Shown: piece after piece, positions 35,909 to 48,994 of the stretch
Numbering within the stretch: position 1 is the first letter of the stretch
Layout of the letters: every line of letters begins with the position of its first letter
Assembly: GCA_964016885.1 (NCBI GenBank)
Contig: OZ024747.1
Span: forward strand, 45,322,001 to 45,386,000
Reading direction: 5' to 3'
DNA: 64,000 nucleotides
DNA from: Eledone cirrhosa
Taxonomy: Eukaryota
Notes under the pieces: model-generated
The model's input: only the letters and a program-made list of their open reading frames with translations
Told to the model about the DNA's origin: nothing
Database searches by the model: none
Program-made: the position numbers and the translations under genes

Positions 35909-36471
35909 GGAAAAAATGAAACAAAATTTCATTTCTCACTCTTAGTATGGCTGTTACTTAAATATAAGTATGTATACGTACATACCTATATGTATACATA
36001 CGTACAGTAGTATGTATATATATACATACATGCACACATATATATATATGTACGTATGGATTTACCGAACATTTATTATAATGCTCGGTGTGATTGTAAA
36101 AAAACATCCCGAATTAAGCTGTACAGTGTTTAGCAACCATCGTTGCTCTTTTGTTCAACACTGACAAAGGAACGATGTACTAGTTTCAAGCTTATTAGCT
36201 ATCGTCAGCACCGTATACATTCCTGCCAGATGATTGAACGTCTGAAAGTATATACTTTCCTTATGCATATTAATAGCTGAACAGCCTAATTTGCATATCG
36301 AGTGAGTTAATCAGCCGGTTTAATTCGGGATGTTTTTTTACAATCACACCGAGCATTATAATAAATGTTCGGTAAATCCATACGTACATATATATATGTG
36401 TGCATGTATATATATATATACATACTACTGTATGTCTGTATACATATATGTATGTACGTATACATACTTAT
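35905..36471 (-). mobile_element. PLE-like pLTR element with central hammerhead and ~150-bp inverted arms
   Basis: 35964-36117 and 36320-36471 are inverted repeats. 35905-36260 is the reverse-complement homologue of 61485-61835. Confidence 0.8.
36172..36214 (-). ncRNA. Type-I minimal hammerhead ribozyme (GUA site)
   Basis: Minus strand: ACGGTG-CTGACGA-t-AGCT aata AGCT-t-GAAA-CTAG-TA-CATCGT. Stem I extends through AGGAA/TTCCT and CTGGCA/TGTCAG. Stem III is the palindrome ACTAGT. Confidence 0.85.
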
Positions 36472-37668
36472 TCAGATCTTCTGAAACTAACAATTTCGGC
36501 TTGTAAACATAAATTGCACAAAACTTTCCTGTATTACAGCCCCACGTTATACCCTAATGGCTAGTACGATCTATACATGGATATTTTACGTCTTGATGTG
36601 GGAGCTAAGTATATGTTTTGTTTATACCATTACTTATTTGCATAGGTAAGTATATAATACCCGTATGTTTCGTGAAGGTACGTATACCTTCTCGTACGTA
36701 TATTTGATTGTTTATGTTATGGCGTAAAATTTTATTATTTTTTTTATTCTGGTACATATGGTTTGGCTATGTGTATACGGGAGTTTTGCGTCTGTGTGAG
36801 TATGCAGGTTCGTACGTATGTAGGGTGTGTGTATATGTGTACTTCATGTTTTGGTTGACTTACGTCTCCGAACATTCGTGTATTTACATGTAGGTATGTG
36901 TGCGCGCTTGTTATATACGTATTTATTTATTTATATACGTTTATATAATTATTTATTTATTTATTTGTATACACGCATACACATATTTTTATGTGCGTGG
37001 TTTTGTATACCTATGGTAAGTGTTTTGCGTATGCTTGTGTATGTACGTATTTGTTTGCGTGTACGTATTTATTTATTTCTATTACTTATTTATTGTATTT
37101 ATTTACTTTATTCTTAACTCTGAAGCGGAGATTCATTCGGTTTCCTAGTTAGAATTTTAGTCTACGACTTCTGCTATACCATTTACGTGGTTTTGTCTTT
37201 GCGTGCTATTGTTCTCCATGCACCACATATGACGTATTATCTTCGTTTTTTTCGTTAATTGCCAGAGAACGTCTCTATGAACCACCTAAGAGAACATTAG
37301 TCTACGACCTCTTTTATACCATAAACATGGTTCTGTCTTTTCGCGTAATTGTTTTTCACCGCTCCTATTAATGACGTATCTTATTCGTTTTTTCCCGTTC
37401 TTTGCCAGCGAACGTTTTCCACGAACCAAAGTATCGTCTTCCTGTCTTCCTCCGGTTCCAACGTTTTTTGAAATATCCACTTCTGCGTTTACAGATTGAC
37501 TTTGTTAGTTTCAGAAGATCCCGTTAAGGGTGAAAGCAGCGATTCTTTGCTTAAACTTTAATCTGTTATTTTAATAAATATTTGCTCTACGGTTCTTATA
37601 TATTTGATATATATTTATCCTTATCGAGCCCTCTTTGGATTTTAGTCTTGAAATTTATTATTATTACA
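36472..37668 (+). mobile_element. Penelope-like element 3' part (last GIY-YIG codons, 3' UTR/pLTR)
   Basis: Starts with ISACKHKLHKTFLYYS and is the reverse-complement homologue of 1966-2980. Has an internal ~120-bp tandem duplication (~37150-37420) and a short inverted copy of its own pLTR at 36474-36493. Confidence 0.8.
37507..37557 (+). ncRNA. Type-I hammerhead-like motif with variant core (CAGAAGA, CUU triplet)
   Basis: AGTTT-CAGAAGA-t-CCC gttaa GGG-t-GAA-AGCA gcgattctt TGCT-T-AAACT. All three stems pair, and stem I extends through GATTGA/TTAATC. Confidence 0.6.
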
Positions 37669-38814
37669 TATATGTAAACAAACGGAAGTCTGTCTTTTTT
37701 ATTGGAAGATTGCTATTTTGGTGTTTTTGAACATAAAATAATAAATATTAATTGAATTTTTGTAGATTTTTCTTTCGTTTGAATATAGCTTTGAGCTGCC
37801 ACTACCATCTGAAGTGAAATGAATAAAAAATATATTGGCACTGGATATGTAGTTTTTTGAAATATTTGAAAATATAGGAATTCTGATGATCTCAGTGATA
37901 TTGGTGGAGAATGATGGAGATGGTTGTGATTGATAACAATGATATTGATAGAGGATGATGGCGATAGCTATTGTTACTATGATGATGATGATTCTGCTAG
38001 TGATATAGATGATGATGATGTTACTGTAGACTCTGATGATAGTAGCGATGTTAAACACAAAGTGATAATGATAACGGAAATAGTAACAATAATGATGATG
38101 ATGAGATTAATGGGAAAGTATGATGATTGGTATTAAAGATACTGATAAAGCTGTTGGTTGATTTAGTAAAATAACTAACTTTCCATATCAAGTTGGTTTT
38201 TAAAAGAATGTTTTAATTCATTTTAAATATGAAAACTCTAAAATTAGCAGCTTGTATGATAACACCAGAGGTGTATTTGAGTAATTTGGAGTGAAAGGGG
38301 TTAAACACTGTTTTCTTTAGATTTGATTTATTGAGATTCTTATACTTACTGTATTGTGTCACCCACAAAATTATTAACTTGGTGAATCAAATTCTACAGC
38401 TGTGATCATGAAACTTTGTAAACAAATATATAAATATCTGAAATAAGTTAATAAGATTAAACTTAACAAGATTATTACTTCATCTTTTGAATAATTTCAA
38501 AATTTAAAAAGAAATTTCTAATATTTACTTCTATAAACTTTGCTTAATTTGATCTCAAATTGGCATCATTTATATTATTCATGAGGTAAATGTAAGTAAT
38601 ACTAGATCGGATTTTAACTAAAGAATGTATAAGAGCAGATAATACCTAATAATGATGAGTTTGAATCCACTCTGGTGCTATGGACTTCATAGTCACTAAA
38701 TAAGGATCAGAAAAGAAACCAATGGAAATGATGTGTGGTGGATATTAAAAGAATTTATATCATTTTTTTTCCAATTGCCCTTATTTCTTTTGAGAAGAAA
38801 CTACACGAAACTAC

Positions 38815-39033
38815 CAGAGTGGGATTTACGTGGGGACCCTGGAAAAATTGAAAAGACGGTGTGTACATTTCCAAAATATAAGATAAAAAAGAACTAAAAT
38901 AATGCAATAGTTTTAAACAATTTTCTGCTTCAATATTGAACGTTTTGCAGTTTTTATAAAAATGTTTATAACATATAAAGGGCCTCATTATCTCAAATAT
39001 CTTAGGGCCTCATCAAATCTAAATCCGGCCCTG
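38815..39033. mobile_element. hAT-superfamily MITE
   Basis: 8-bp TSD GAAACTAC at 38807-38814 and 39034-39041. Degenerate TIRs CAGAGTGGGATTTA / TAAATCCGGCCCTG (11 of 14 match). Confidence 0.85.
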
Positions 39034-39041
39034 GAAACTAC

Positions 39042-39247
39042 CCCTGGTTCTAAAATACAAAACTGTTTATATTTATCTAAAAACGTCCATCATAGTTTTA
39101 TGTAAGAACACTTATGTTATGACTCATATTTCAGCTTAACAAGAAAGTTATTTTACTAAATCTCTCCTAATTTTTGATTATTAAAAAATGTTATCTGAAG
39201 ACCATATCCAGTGGAATTTATCATAGATATGGTAACAAAAGGGTTAA
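39042..39247. mobile_element. piggyBac-like MITE fragment (right end ..AAAAGGG-TTAA)
   Basis: Ends GGTAACAAAAGGGTTAA. Similar ends occur at ~15010 and ~38305. Left TIR not identified. Confidence 0.4.
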
Positions 39248-40263
39248 TCTCTAGTAACACATGTCTTATTACATAGCATTAGCCATAAGAGTAATACCAG
39301 TGTTGAAGATCACAAAAAGAAAAATTTAATGACTTCCTAGAACTATAATACTTTTTTTTTTATTAATCTCATTAACTCTTTGGTTTTCAGTGACACATCA
39401 CTTTTTAAAATCACTCCTATAGAGTCAAACTATCAGTTACTGTATGTTTACAGTCTTGTATTGAATCTAGTTAAGGTTATCAATAATCTGTGGATAATTC
39501 CACTAACTCCACAAAAAATCACAACAGTATTCAACATCAGGGCAAATTTCAGTCTTATAAAATTTCATCAAGTGACAAATATTTTGTGTATGTGTGTCTG
39601 TATGTCCATAAAATACCACATTTATCATTATATTTTACAGATGATTATCTAAAACTTACCGACAGTTTGTTAGCTATTTTTCAACCCAAATCAATCTGAA
39701 ATGTGGTTCGTCCTTGTTTTTATGAATTTGTTTTCATTTTAGTGTTTTTTTTAATTCTTTAACTTTTATTCTTATTTTTTTTATGTCCTGTAACTTTTCA
39801 GACATATGTTCCAGTTCATCTGATAGTTTTTGATCAGTGTGATTAGCAGACAGGCAATTTTGAATAATGATGCTGTTTTTAGCAGTTACAACACTCTGAA
39901 TGTTTAAGATAATTTTAAACAATGAGTTTGATTCTCTTTATCTTATAGCTTGCTTATATTGGGTCTGTACCCATTAGTAATTAGAAATCGATATCTCAAT
40001 CAATTTTCTCTGGTAATTTAAAAAATATATATGTGATCTTTGTATGTTTTTATATGTTTCCCATTATCATACACATTTAAGAGGCAAATATATGCACACG
40101 GCACTATCTATCAATCTATCTATTTATCTATGCATGACATTATCTACCTATCAAGCAATATATATAATGTGTATGCATATATATGTATATGTGTGTGTGG
40201 GGGGGGGGGGTATATATGTATGGGTGGAGGATACATATATGTGTGTTATATATATATAATTCA

Positions 40264-40267
<4 letters not shown>

Positions 40268-40356
<89 letters not shown>

Positions 40357-40361
40357 GAGAG
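40268..40361. repeat. (TA)n(GA)n microsatellite
   Basis: Visible directly. Confidence 0.95.
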
Positions 40362-40370
40362 CCATGTATC

Positions 40371-40672
40371 TTTTGTGAAACAGAGTATTTTGTACATATA
40401 TATATAGCACATATTTAGGAAAAAATATGTACCTCAAGGTGGAAAAGTTCTTTTCTTATGGTACCATTTCATGATTCGTAAGCTGTAACAAAAATCGATC
40501 GAAGCAGTTACTCATCGATCACCAGCTGTAGATTTTGGTGAAGCTACAAGAGAAGCAAATCAATCATCAGAGGAATTCGACTTTGGATAAGAAGAATTTT
40601 TCCACCTTGAAGTAAGTATTTTTTCATAAATATGAGCTTTATACATGCACAAAATACTATGAGATTCTCAAA
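40371..40672. mobile_element. Fold-back element with ~85-bp imperfect inverted arms around a hammerhead-like centre
   Basis: 40371-40459 (..AGTATTTTGTACATATATATAGCACATATTTAGGAAAAAATATGTACCTCAAGGTGGAAAAGTTCTTTTCTTAT) pairs with 40587-40672. Confidence 0.75.
40452..40578 (-). ncRNA. Hammerhead-like motif with very long stem II
   Basis: Minus strand: TTCCT-CTGATGA-t-TGATTT..(~80 nt)..GAATCA-t-GAA-ATGGTACCAT-A-AGAAA. Palindromic stem III; stem I has 4 of 5 pairs. Confidence 0.55.
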
Positions 40673-41059
40673 CGATATATAGGGAGAGAAAGAGCTATAT
40701 ATACATATATCTATTAATTTGAATTATTGATGCTCTGGGCAAATGTCTGTTGAGCTTTTCTACTGAGAAACATAATCATCACACACACACATACACATAT
40801 ATATATATATATGCCACAAAAATCCATATAAGTATATGTTTATATATTAATCTAAGAGAGTAAATGAGAGAGGGGGAGCAAATGAGAGAAAGAGAGTATA
40901 GATGATATGAATACATATGATATATGTGGTATTTAAACCTTAAATTGCATTGATAAACAGAAAATATTTCAGCATTCGTAGGTGAGGCGTGAACTCACAT
41001 ATGACTGCTGGTTGGATGCTCCAGTAACACTCCTCTCTTTCTATTGTTTATCATCACTA

Positions 41060-41188
41060 AACAAAATATTAAAAGAAAACAAAATATGTACACAATACAT
41101 ATATATATATATATATATCCATATATATATATACATGCATGCACATCCCATATATACATATATATACATATATGCATATATATATACA

Positions 41189-41234
<46 letters not shown>

Positions 41235-41339
41235 CAGACAACAAAACACTGTGTAATTATCAATTTTATGAAAATGATGATTTGTGTGGTGTCTTGTAAG
41301 CAGTCATGCATAAAGTCTGTGTTATTCTCATATAGAATG

Positions 41340-41395
<56 letters not shown>

Positions 41396-41598
41396 CAGAA
41401 AAAACTATATATAAATATAAAACTAAAATATCAAAATAAATGAAAAAATAAAAAGTAAAAAGCCAATAGAGGTTCAGTTCTTTACAAGTTTTGCTGACTC
41501 AGTCAGGAGAGATCGACTATCAGATATACTTTCAGTCTTGACACACAAATGAGAATATTTTTTTGACATGTTTCCTCTTTATTCATTGGTAATGGAAT

Positions 41599-41648
<50 letters not shown>

Positions 41649-41781
41649 CAGACACACATACGAATATATATATATATATTTACAAATACACACACACACA
41701 CACACACATATATATATGCACACAGACATACACAAACACACACATATATATATATATATATATGCACACAGACATACACAA

Positions 41782-41835
<54 letters not shown>
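41060..41835. repeat. Cluster of (TA)n/(CA)n microsatellites
   Basis: Runs at 41095-41235, 41340-41392 and 41601-41832. Confidence 0.9.
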
Positions 41836-42421
41836 AATGAAGAATGAAAAAAAAGAATAAATGGAATATTCCACAGGCATAAACTTACATCTATATTTCT
41901 ATGTCTCCTTATTTAACTGTCATTTGTTTTTGATTTTCATACTCTCCTTCTATGTATGTATGTATGTATTATATATATGCTAGTGTGAATATATGTGTTT
42001 GTACATATGTGACTGCATGTCAATGAATTGTATAACCTTAGAATGTTGGAAGAGGTATATTCTTTTTACTTCTATATTTATACAAGGTTCCATAGAGAGC
42101 CAATGAGTTCCCAATATATTGATTTTGGGAACTGGTTTCAAATTTGCCTTGCACCATTTTTTCTGTTTTACTTTGCTTATGTAATACAAGAAGTTATGTT
42201 TATATAGATTTTATGTTTTGTTGTTATGTTTATATATTAATGTATTTTATAATGCAATCAAGGTGGCAAATTGTCAGAATTGTTAGAGCATCAGATTAAA
42301 AATGCCTGGGTATTTGTTCTTGCTCTTTAACTCTGTGTTCAAATCCAGCAGAGGTTGACTTTACTTTTCATCATTTCAAAGTTGATAAAAGTGTGTCAGT
42401 CCAGTACTTGGCATGGTTTTC

Positions 42422-42454
<33 letters not shown>

Positions 42455-43492
42455 GTCATATGGGCTTACATGTACACATGCCCATTAGGCACACATACAC
42501 ATGCACACAGCCACACATATAACCTCATCATCTTTATGGTTTTTAAATCTATTTTTTCCTGTGTTAGTATCAGTTAAATGAGAATTTTCAAGACAGTATT
42601 CTATGGTCAGATGCTTTTCCCAACACCAATCTTTACTTCTTTCTAAACCAATTAATGTACTGATGTTCTCAAACCAAATCAAAGAGCCAAATGATGTTTT
42701 GGTTCTTATGGCTGAATCTAAAGAACTTGAGAAGAAATTCCTATTGTGAAAATATCTTAAAATCAAAAGCACTCAGTGTAAATTTTGTAAAGACCAGAGT
42801 ATGAATAAGTAGGTGAAAAGACAAGATACTGAAACTATCTGAAACCCTAGAATATGAATAGTAAATAACTGTAAATTATTGAGTTAAACTTTTATAATAT
42901 CATTGATTCCTAATTTCTAATGCAGTCTAAGGGCACTGTCATGTTAGATGGCATGTTTTAAACTTTTGGACTTGGCAACACCCATATGTTTGATCAAAGA
43001 CAATGTGCAGAAAGCTGGAATGAACACTACAAAGCATTTTAACTATTGCCCTAACAATTCTACCAATTCAGTCTTTTTTATAATATAAACTAAAAACTAT
43101 ATATTTATAATTTTACATAACAATGGGATTCCACACAGTCTCAGTTTGCCAACTTTAAACTCATGTGATATTAGTCAACCTGAGATCATAGTAGAAGACT
43201 CATAACCAAATTACAATACAGTTTGAAATCAAATTGAGAAACTTGTGGTTACAAAACAATCTCCTTACCCACACCTCCAATTTACTAGCCATGACTTGTT
43301 CTGTTTAATTTCTAAACTGTATACGTTCAATGTTTCGATCTACCCCCCCCCCCCCCCCCCCCACCAATCTCTCTCTCTCATGTCACTCTCTCTTTGTCTC
43401 CCATACCTCTCTCTTTCTTTCAGCCATGCCCATCCTGTCTTCCACACCTCTCTCTCTGAGTATATGTATGTGTGTGTGTGTGTGTGTGCGTT

Positions 43493-43525
<33 letters not shown>

Positions 43526-44124
43526 GTTTGTGTGCTTGTGTGAATGTAGTATTTGTATAGATGTATATATAGATCTATCTCTCATTCTGTCTCTAACTAC
43601 TTCAAATTTATCTCTTGTCACTAACTTCATTTAATGACATTTAATTTCTATTTCAAACCCATCACCATCAACACACCTGTATCACCAACACTCCCTACCA
43701 ACATACAACTTACATTATCCACCCATTAGCTACATCTCTCACACTTTGGCAATATTGCATCTTCTTAATTCTTAATTAGGTTAACTAAATTACAGACTTG
43801 ATCTCCCAAATTTAAAAGATCCATCTGATGTCAATTAGGTTTTGCATATGGTGAATGTATAACTGGCTTTTCACTATCTCCCTCACACATATACATACAA
43901 TTAGTCACATATACATACACACACATATATATATATATATATGTTTCTATATACATACATATGATGAAAGGAGTGTGTTTTTAAACACACACACACACAC
44001 AGACACACGCACACATATATGTATATGTACAGATACTCAAACAGAACCCTGTAATTAAACAACTCTATTACTATTATATTGTTGAACTACTTCTATTGTA
44101 GCTTAAAATAATTGGGGCATTGTA

Positions 44125-44670
44125 GTTTCTTTTTCACCCACTTATTCCTGTGAAGCTCAAGAGGAAGATCCTCAAACACTCCCTCCAGTGGGTCCTGTTG
44201 GAAGCAACCATCTCCAACTGATCCGGCTGGAGCCCATGTGAGACCAGCCAAGCTCATGGATGTTATCCAAACATTTTGCTCAGGGTCTACCACTGGGTCT
44301 CCTCCTGTTTGGTGTTGTCCGTAAAATCTGTCCAGCAATTCTTTCCTGAGATATTCTAACCACAAGCTCGTAATATCGTAGCTGTGATCTCTCAATGCGG
44401 AGAAGTAGCACTCTACCTGGAATCTCTGAAATCTCTGATTGCCAAGTTATGCATTCTATCAAGTAACATTACTTCTAACACCCTTCAGAGGAACCCCCTT
44501 TTGGCCACTTGTATTTGTGATCATATTCTTTTGGTCAGTACCCAAGATTCATGACCATAGATAAGGGTTGGCATAAATACTGAATCAATAATAGTGAGTT
44601 TGGCTTTTACACCTACCTCCTTTCTCCTGACTACTGAATGCTGAAGTTGGTGCATTACTGAAATTGTGGT
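44125..44670 (-). mobile_element. RTE LINE 3' fragment (Expander/Rex3-like family)
   Basis: VVRRKEVGVKAKLTIIDSVFMPTLIYGHESWVLT..LLLRIERSQLRYYELVVRISQERIAGQILRTTPNRRRPSGRP. Confidence 0.85.
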
Positions 44671-45287
44671 GGAACAGTACTGTAGATAATAAAATAAACA
44701 CAAAGAGATAAATATGGAAAGACTAGAAGCAGGGAATATTACTTAGTAGTTAGAAGAGAAGTTAGATGTTAAATCTATGTAGCAAAATGGGAAACAAAAA
44801 GTAAGAAGATTTCCAAAGTTCTACAATGGTTATCCAGTCTTTTGTAAAGCATATTGTATTCATAATTACATTATCCGAGGTGTCCTTCATTTTTAAAGAT
44901 GATTTGGTTGCTATATTTCAGTTTAGAAGTGAATCACTGCTAGTTGTTTTAGGGACTGTAGTTACAAATATATAATTGCTACATATAATTAGATGCATTA
45001 AAGTTACATTTGACTGTTTTCATTATGTATCATTATGATAGTAAAGCCTAAACTATTCATACTGGAGTCATATCCATATGTAACTTGTGGTGCAGTATGT
45101 TATTCAGTCACAGGTCATATCTAGTAGAGCAGACCTATGATCAAAGGTGTTTTAGCTATGATGATCCAATCTTTTGTCTTCAGGGTTGTGAAAATTGATG
45201 TAAACCATGATGATGTTCATGATAGTGATTATTATAATGTTGCTTATTAGTGATACTACTGGTGGTTGTGGTGATGGTGGTAATGAT

Positions 45288-45410
45288 AATTGTTTCTACT
45301 TTTGGCACAAGGCCAGCAATTATCCCAGTGAATTACTGGTACTTTATTTTATAGACCCCGTAAGGATGAAAGATTTGAACTCAGAATGGCAAGGGCCGTA
45401 ACTCTATGCT
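45288..45410 (-). mobile_element. SINE family C, deleted copy
   Basis: AATTGTTTCTACTTTTGGCACAAGGCCAGCAATTA..GACCCCGTAAGGATGAAAG..GATTTGAACTCAG. Confidence 0.7.
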
Positions 45411-46569
45411 GATACTTATGATGATGACAATGACGATGGTGATGATGATGATTACAATGATTCTTGTGTATGTGTGTGGGATGATAAGAGTGGCACTAAA
45501 GCAGAAGTTGTGACTCTCTTAGTAAGGTAACATTTGTAGAGAAAGTGAAAGAGAGAGAGAAGAGGGGGAGAGAGAGAGGAATAGGAGAGAGAGGGGGGTG
45601 AAAGAGAGGGGAAGGTGGTATAGAGGGGAAGGGGGTATAGAGGGGAAGGGGGTATAGAGGGGAGATAGGGGGAAGGGGAGAGAGAAAGAGAGGGTAAGGA
45701 GAGAGAGAGAGAGGGCATGGGTGAGTTAGGGAGAAAAGAAATCTGAAGAAGAAAAAAGAGAGAAATAAGATTGAAAAAGAAAATATAGTGAAAGTACAAT
45801 CTGGAAATGGGAGCAGTTCTGCCTGAATCCAAACAAATAAATTAATATAATGCCAATTGTTTTTAAAACTCAGAAAGAAAGAAAAGAACTACTTCCATAA
45901 AAGAATAACTTAGTTTGAAGTTTTTGCCTCCATTTATGGGACTGATTTTATTAATAATTTGATAATTTGCTTTGATAAATTTATTTTCCTATAATCAACT
46001 AACCATGATCAAAACTGATGTTTTCTTTTCAAACAAAGTCAAAAGCTACTTCAGTTCCTTATAAGGATTTCTTGAGTACATGCTGTTGGCACAGAAGAAA
46101 AAAAAACTTTTCCCTGGTAAAATCGTCAAGTTGCTTAGTTGGACTTCTATTATTCATAAAGTCCTTCAACAAAATTGAAGAATAGAAGAATACACTACAA
46201 TACACACACACTCGCTTAAAGGCAGACATGCACACACACATATACAGAGGCAGGCATCCGCATGCACACACACATACAGAGGCAGGCATCCGCATGCACA
46301 CACACACACACACAAAGCTAATAAGTTATTGTAAATGACTATATAAAGAGAGAACCTTTCTTTAATCCAACCATTCTTCTTTATATATTTCTTCTAGTCA
46401 TGGGAGTGTCAGTGCTTCATATTCGAAAGTTCAAATTATGTTAAAGTAAACTTTACCTTTCATCCTTCCAGAATCAATAAAATAAAGTACCAGCCAAGGC
46501 CTGATATATTTGACTTTCACCTTCCTACAAAATGATATTAGTTAATGACTATATTAGTTTATATTATAT

Positions 46570-46705
46570 AGTTACGTTCCTTTACGATCTGAGTTCAAAT
46601 CCCGCCGAGGTTGACTTTGCCTTTCATCCTTACGGGGTCGATAAAATAAAGTACCTGTAATGCACTGGGTAATTGGTGGCCTTGTGCATAAAGTAAAAAC
46701 AATTA
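46570..46705 (+). mobile_element. SINE family C, 5'-truncated
   Basis: GAGTTCAAATCCCGCCGAGGTTGACTTTGCCTTTCATCCTTACGGGGTCGATAAAATAAAGTACC. Confidence 0.8.
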
Positions 46706-48044
46706 TTTTAGCAAGTATGGAAAATAATTTTAGATATGTTTTACTCTTCATCAGAAATGTATATACTTCACTGTATTAACAATATTAACATTAACTTAAC
46801 TATTGCTTTTAATGTAAATAGCGTTTCTGAATTATATATTCTGTAAGGTATTCTGTCAGAGGCTCTATAATTTTGGCTATATTTAAAATGTAATGTTTAT
46901 TCAAGATTGTAGAATAATTGCAATTATAAAAGAACATTTTTCTCTTGTCTTGGAGCTATAAATTTTCTGTAAATTATACAATGTATCAAATATATAAATG
47001 AAATGAAATTGCATGCAGCTAGTACAAAATAATTGAAGAATCAATGGTTCATTAAAAAATTAAAATTTACCTAATTTAAATGATAATTAAGTCTGTATTG
47101 TCTTGAATGCAGTTTTGATTTAAGATCAAGATATTTCATAAGATGATCTCATGTGAGGTCAATAATTAACCTTTCTTTTAATATTTCTCTTTATATTCAA
47201 ATAATACACATTCCAGAATTCCATTCTGACATGACTATTATAGAAGTCCTATATTTTTGCGTGCTTGACATATTCAATAGGCAAGTTTATTGCAATGTAT
47301 TCTTCTTGTCTGCTGTTGTCAAGGTATAGATCAATGTCTCAGAGAAATATATTCAACAACTAACTTATATAACTTTGAAGTCTTATTAAAGAATATTAGT
47401 TTAAATATCCAGAAGTTAGAACATGGTCAACAGACATACCTTGGCAACGAAGTTAATATGACGAAGATATTAAGTATCAAAGTTTGTACAAAGCATTATT
47501 CGCTAAACTGAATTGACCAAACAGAAATAAATATCAGTGAATCACATTCTCTTTACATCTAATCTGGAAACATTTGGAGTTAAATTTAATTATTCTCATG
47601 AAACATGTGACAGTCTTTATATTGATGCCAGGTTATATTCATGTCTGAACTTCAATCAATGATTACAGTAACATCTATAGAATAATTATTAGTTTCGGCC
47701 TTTAGTTATTGTAAGCATCAAGAAAACATTTACTTCAGTGCATACTATGAGCAATTATATCATCACTCAAATCAATTAATTAACATATATTTCATGCAAA
47801 TGTGATAAGTAATAGAAATGGTATATTCAATGACTTACTGAGTTTCGGATCAAATTTGGATAAATCTAAATTTGTCATTCATCTCTTTTGAGTTTTAACT
47901 TGTCTGTCATTTCTACTATGCTGACCAAGCAAATACCAGTAATATGCTGAGCTTAATTAAATCAACTCTGCTCTTCTATTCAAACGTTTGTTTTTATGCA
48001 GAGATCTAAGAAAAAGAAACAATACATATCATTCCAAAGGACCT

Positions 48045-48985
48045 CTTCATCCACATATTCCTGAGAGGGTCATGGGGGCAGAGTCCTCAAACACTCCTTC
48101 CAGCAGGCCCTGTCAGAAGTAACCATCTCTAATTGATCTGGCTGGATCCCTAAGCAAGACCAGCCAAGCTCATGGATGTTATCCAACTATCTTGCTCTGG
48201 GTATACTTCTGGGTATCCTGCCAGTTGGTTTTGTTTTTTAAATCTGTCAAGCAATTCTTTCCTAAGATATTCTAACCACATGCTCATAGTATTGGAGCTG
48301 TGGTCGCTTAATTCAGAGAAGTAGCTGCTCTACCTGGAGTGACTTTCTGATCTCTGAGTTATGCGCTCCATCAAGAAGATTGTGAGTTTTGCTTTTACAC
48401 TTACCTCCCTTCTCCTGATTACCAAATGCTGAAGCTGGAGCATTACTGCACCAGCTCCTGCAATTCTTGCACTTAATTCAGCCTCCTGTCTTCCATCACT
48501 CATGATCACAGACCTGAGATACTTAAACTTCTCCACCTGCTTCAGTGGAATTCCATTCACATGCAGAGTCACTGCACAGGCTTCCTTGAGAGAACAAATG
48601 TCTCAGTTCTTGCAGCACTGATTTTCATTCCAGCCATGCAGCACTTGGCATCAGACCTATCAAATGCAAGTTGGAGATCACCTTCTGTCGAGTTAAGTAA
48701 CACCAATACTTGGGCATTCGTATAGAGACATCGAGGTAACAAGAAGCAAACCAATTAGTTGTTGAATATATTTTCCCATCCTCCTGCAGAAGCTGCCAAA
48801 GCAAGTGTCATGGAAAGTGGACATATATCTTTTTGAGGTTTATAAAACAAGAATGTACCTCTTGCAATACTCCTACAATTTATTTAAGACCTGTTGCAGT
48901 GTGAATATTTGGCTGGCTGTGCTGTGTCCTGGGCAAAACCCACATTGTTCCTCAGCTAGCTGGGACTTGACAATCTCCATACATC
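48045..48985 (-). mobile_element. RTE LINE (Expander/Rex3-like), RT to 3' end, decayed
   Basis: EEQCGFCPGHSTASQIFTLQQVL; LVLLNSTEGDLQLAFDR..AGMKIS; LKQVEKFKYL..MSDGRQEAEL. The 3' end matches 44125-44400. Confidence 0.85.
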
Positions 48986-48994
48986 AGATCAGGA

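Noticed and set aside
37900-38136. Asp-rich ORF
   Set aside because: Degenerate (GAT)n low-complexity sequence.
39290-39922. Possible LINE relic or coiled-coil ORF (39734-39922)
   Set aside because: Only a weak CPDVEYCC motif and a K-rich frame in AT-rich DNA; insufficient evidence.
45540-45790. G-rich purine tract with G-quadruplex or triplex potential
   Set aside because: An ordinary degenerate (GA/GGA)n low-complexity repeat with no evidence of function.
47440-47507. Minus-strand exon candidate (..CAG / GTATG)
   Set aside because: All three frames contain stops. It could only be non-coding, and no support is visible.
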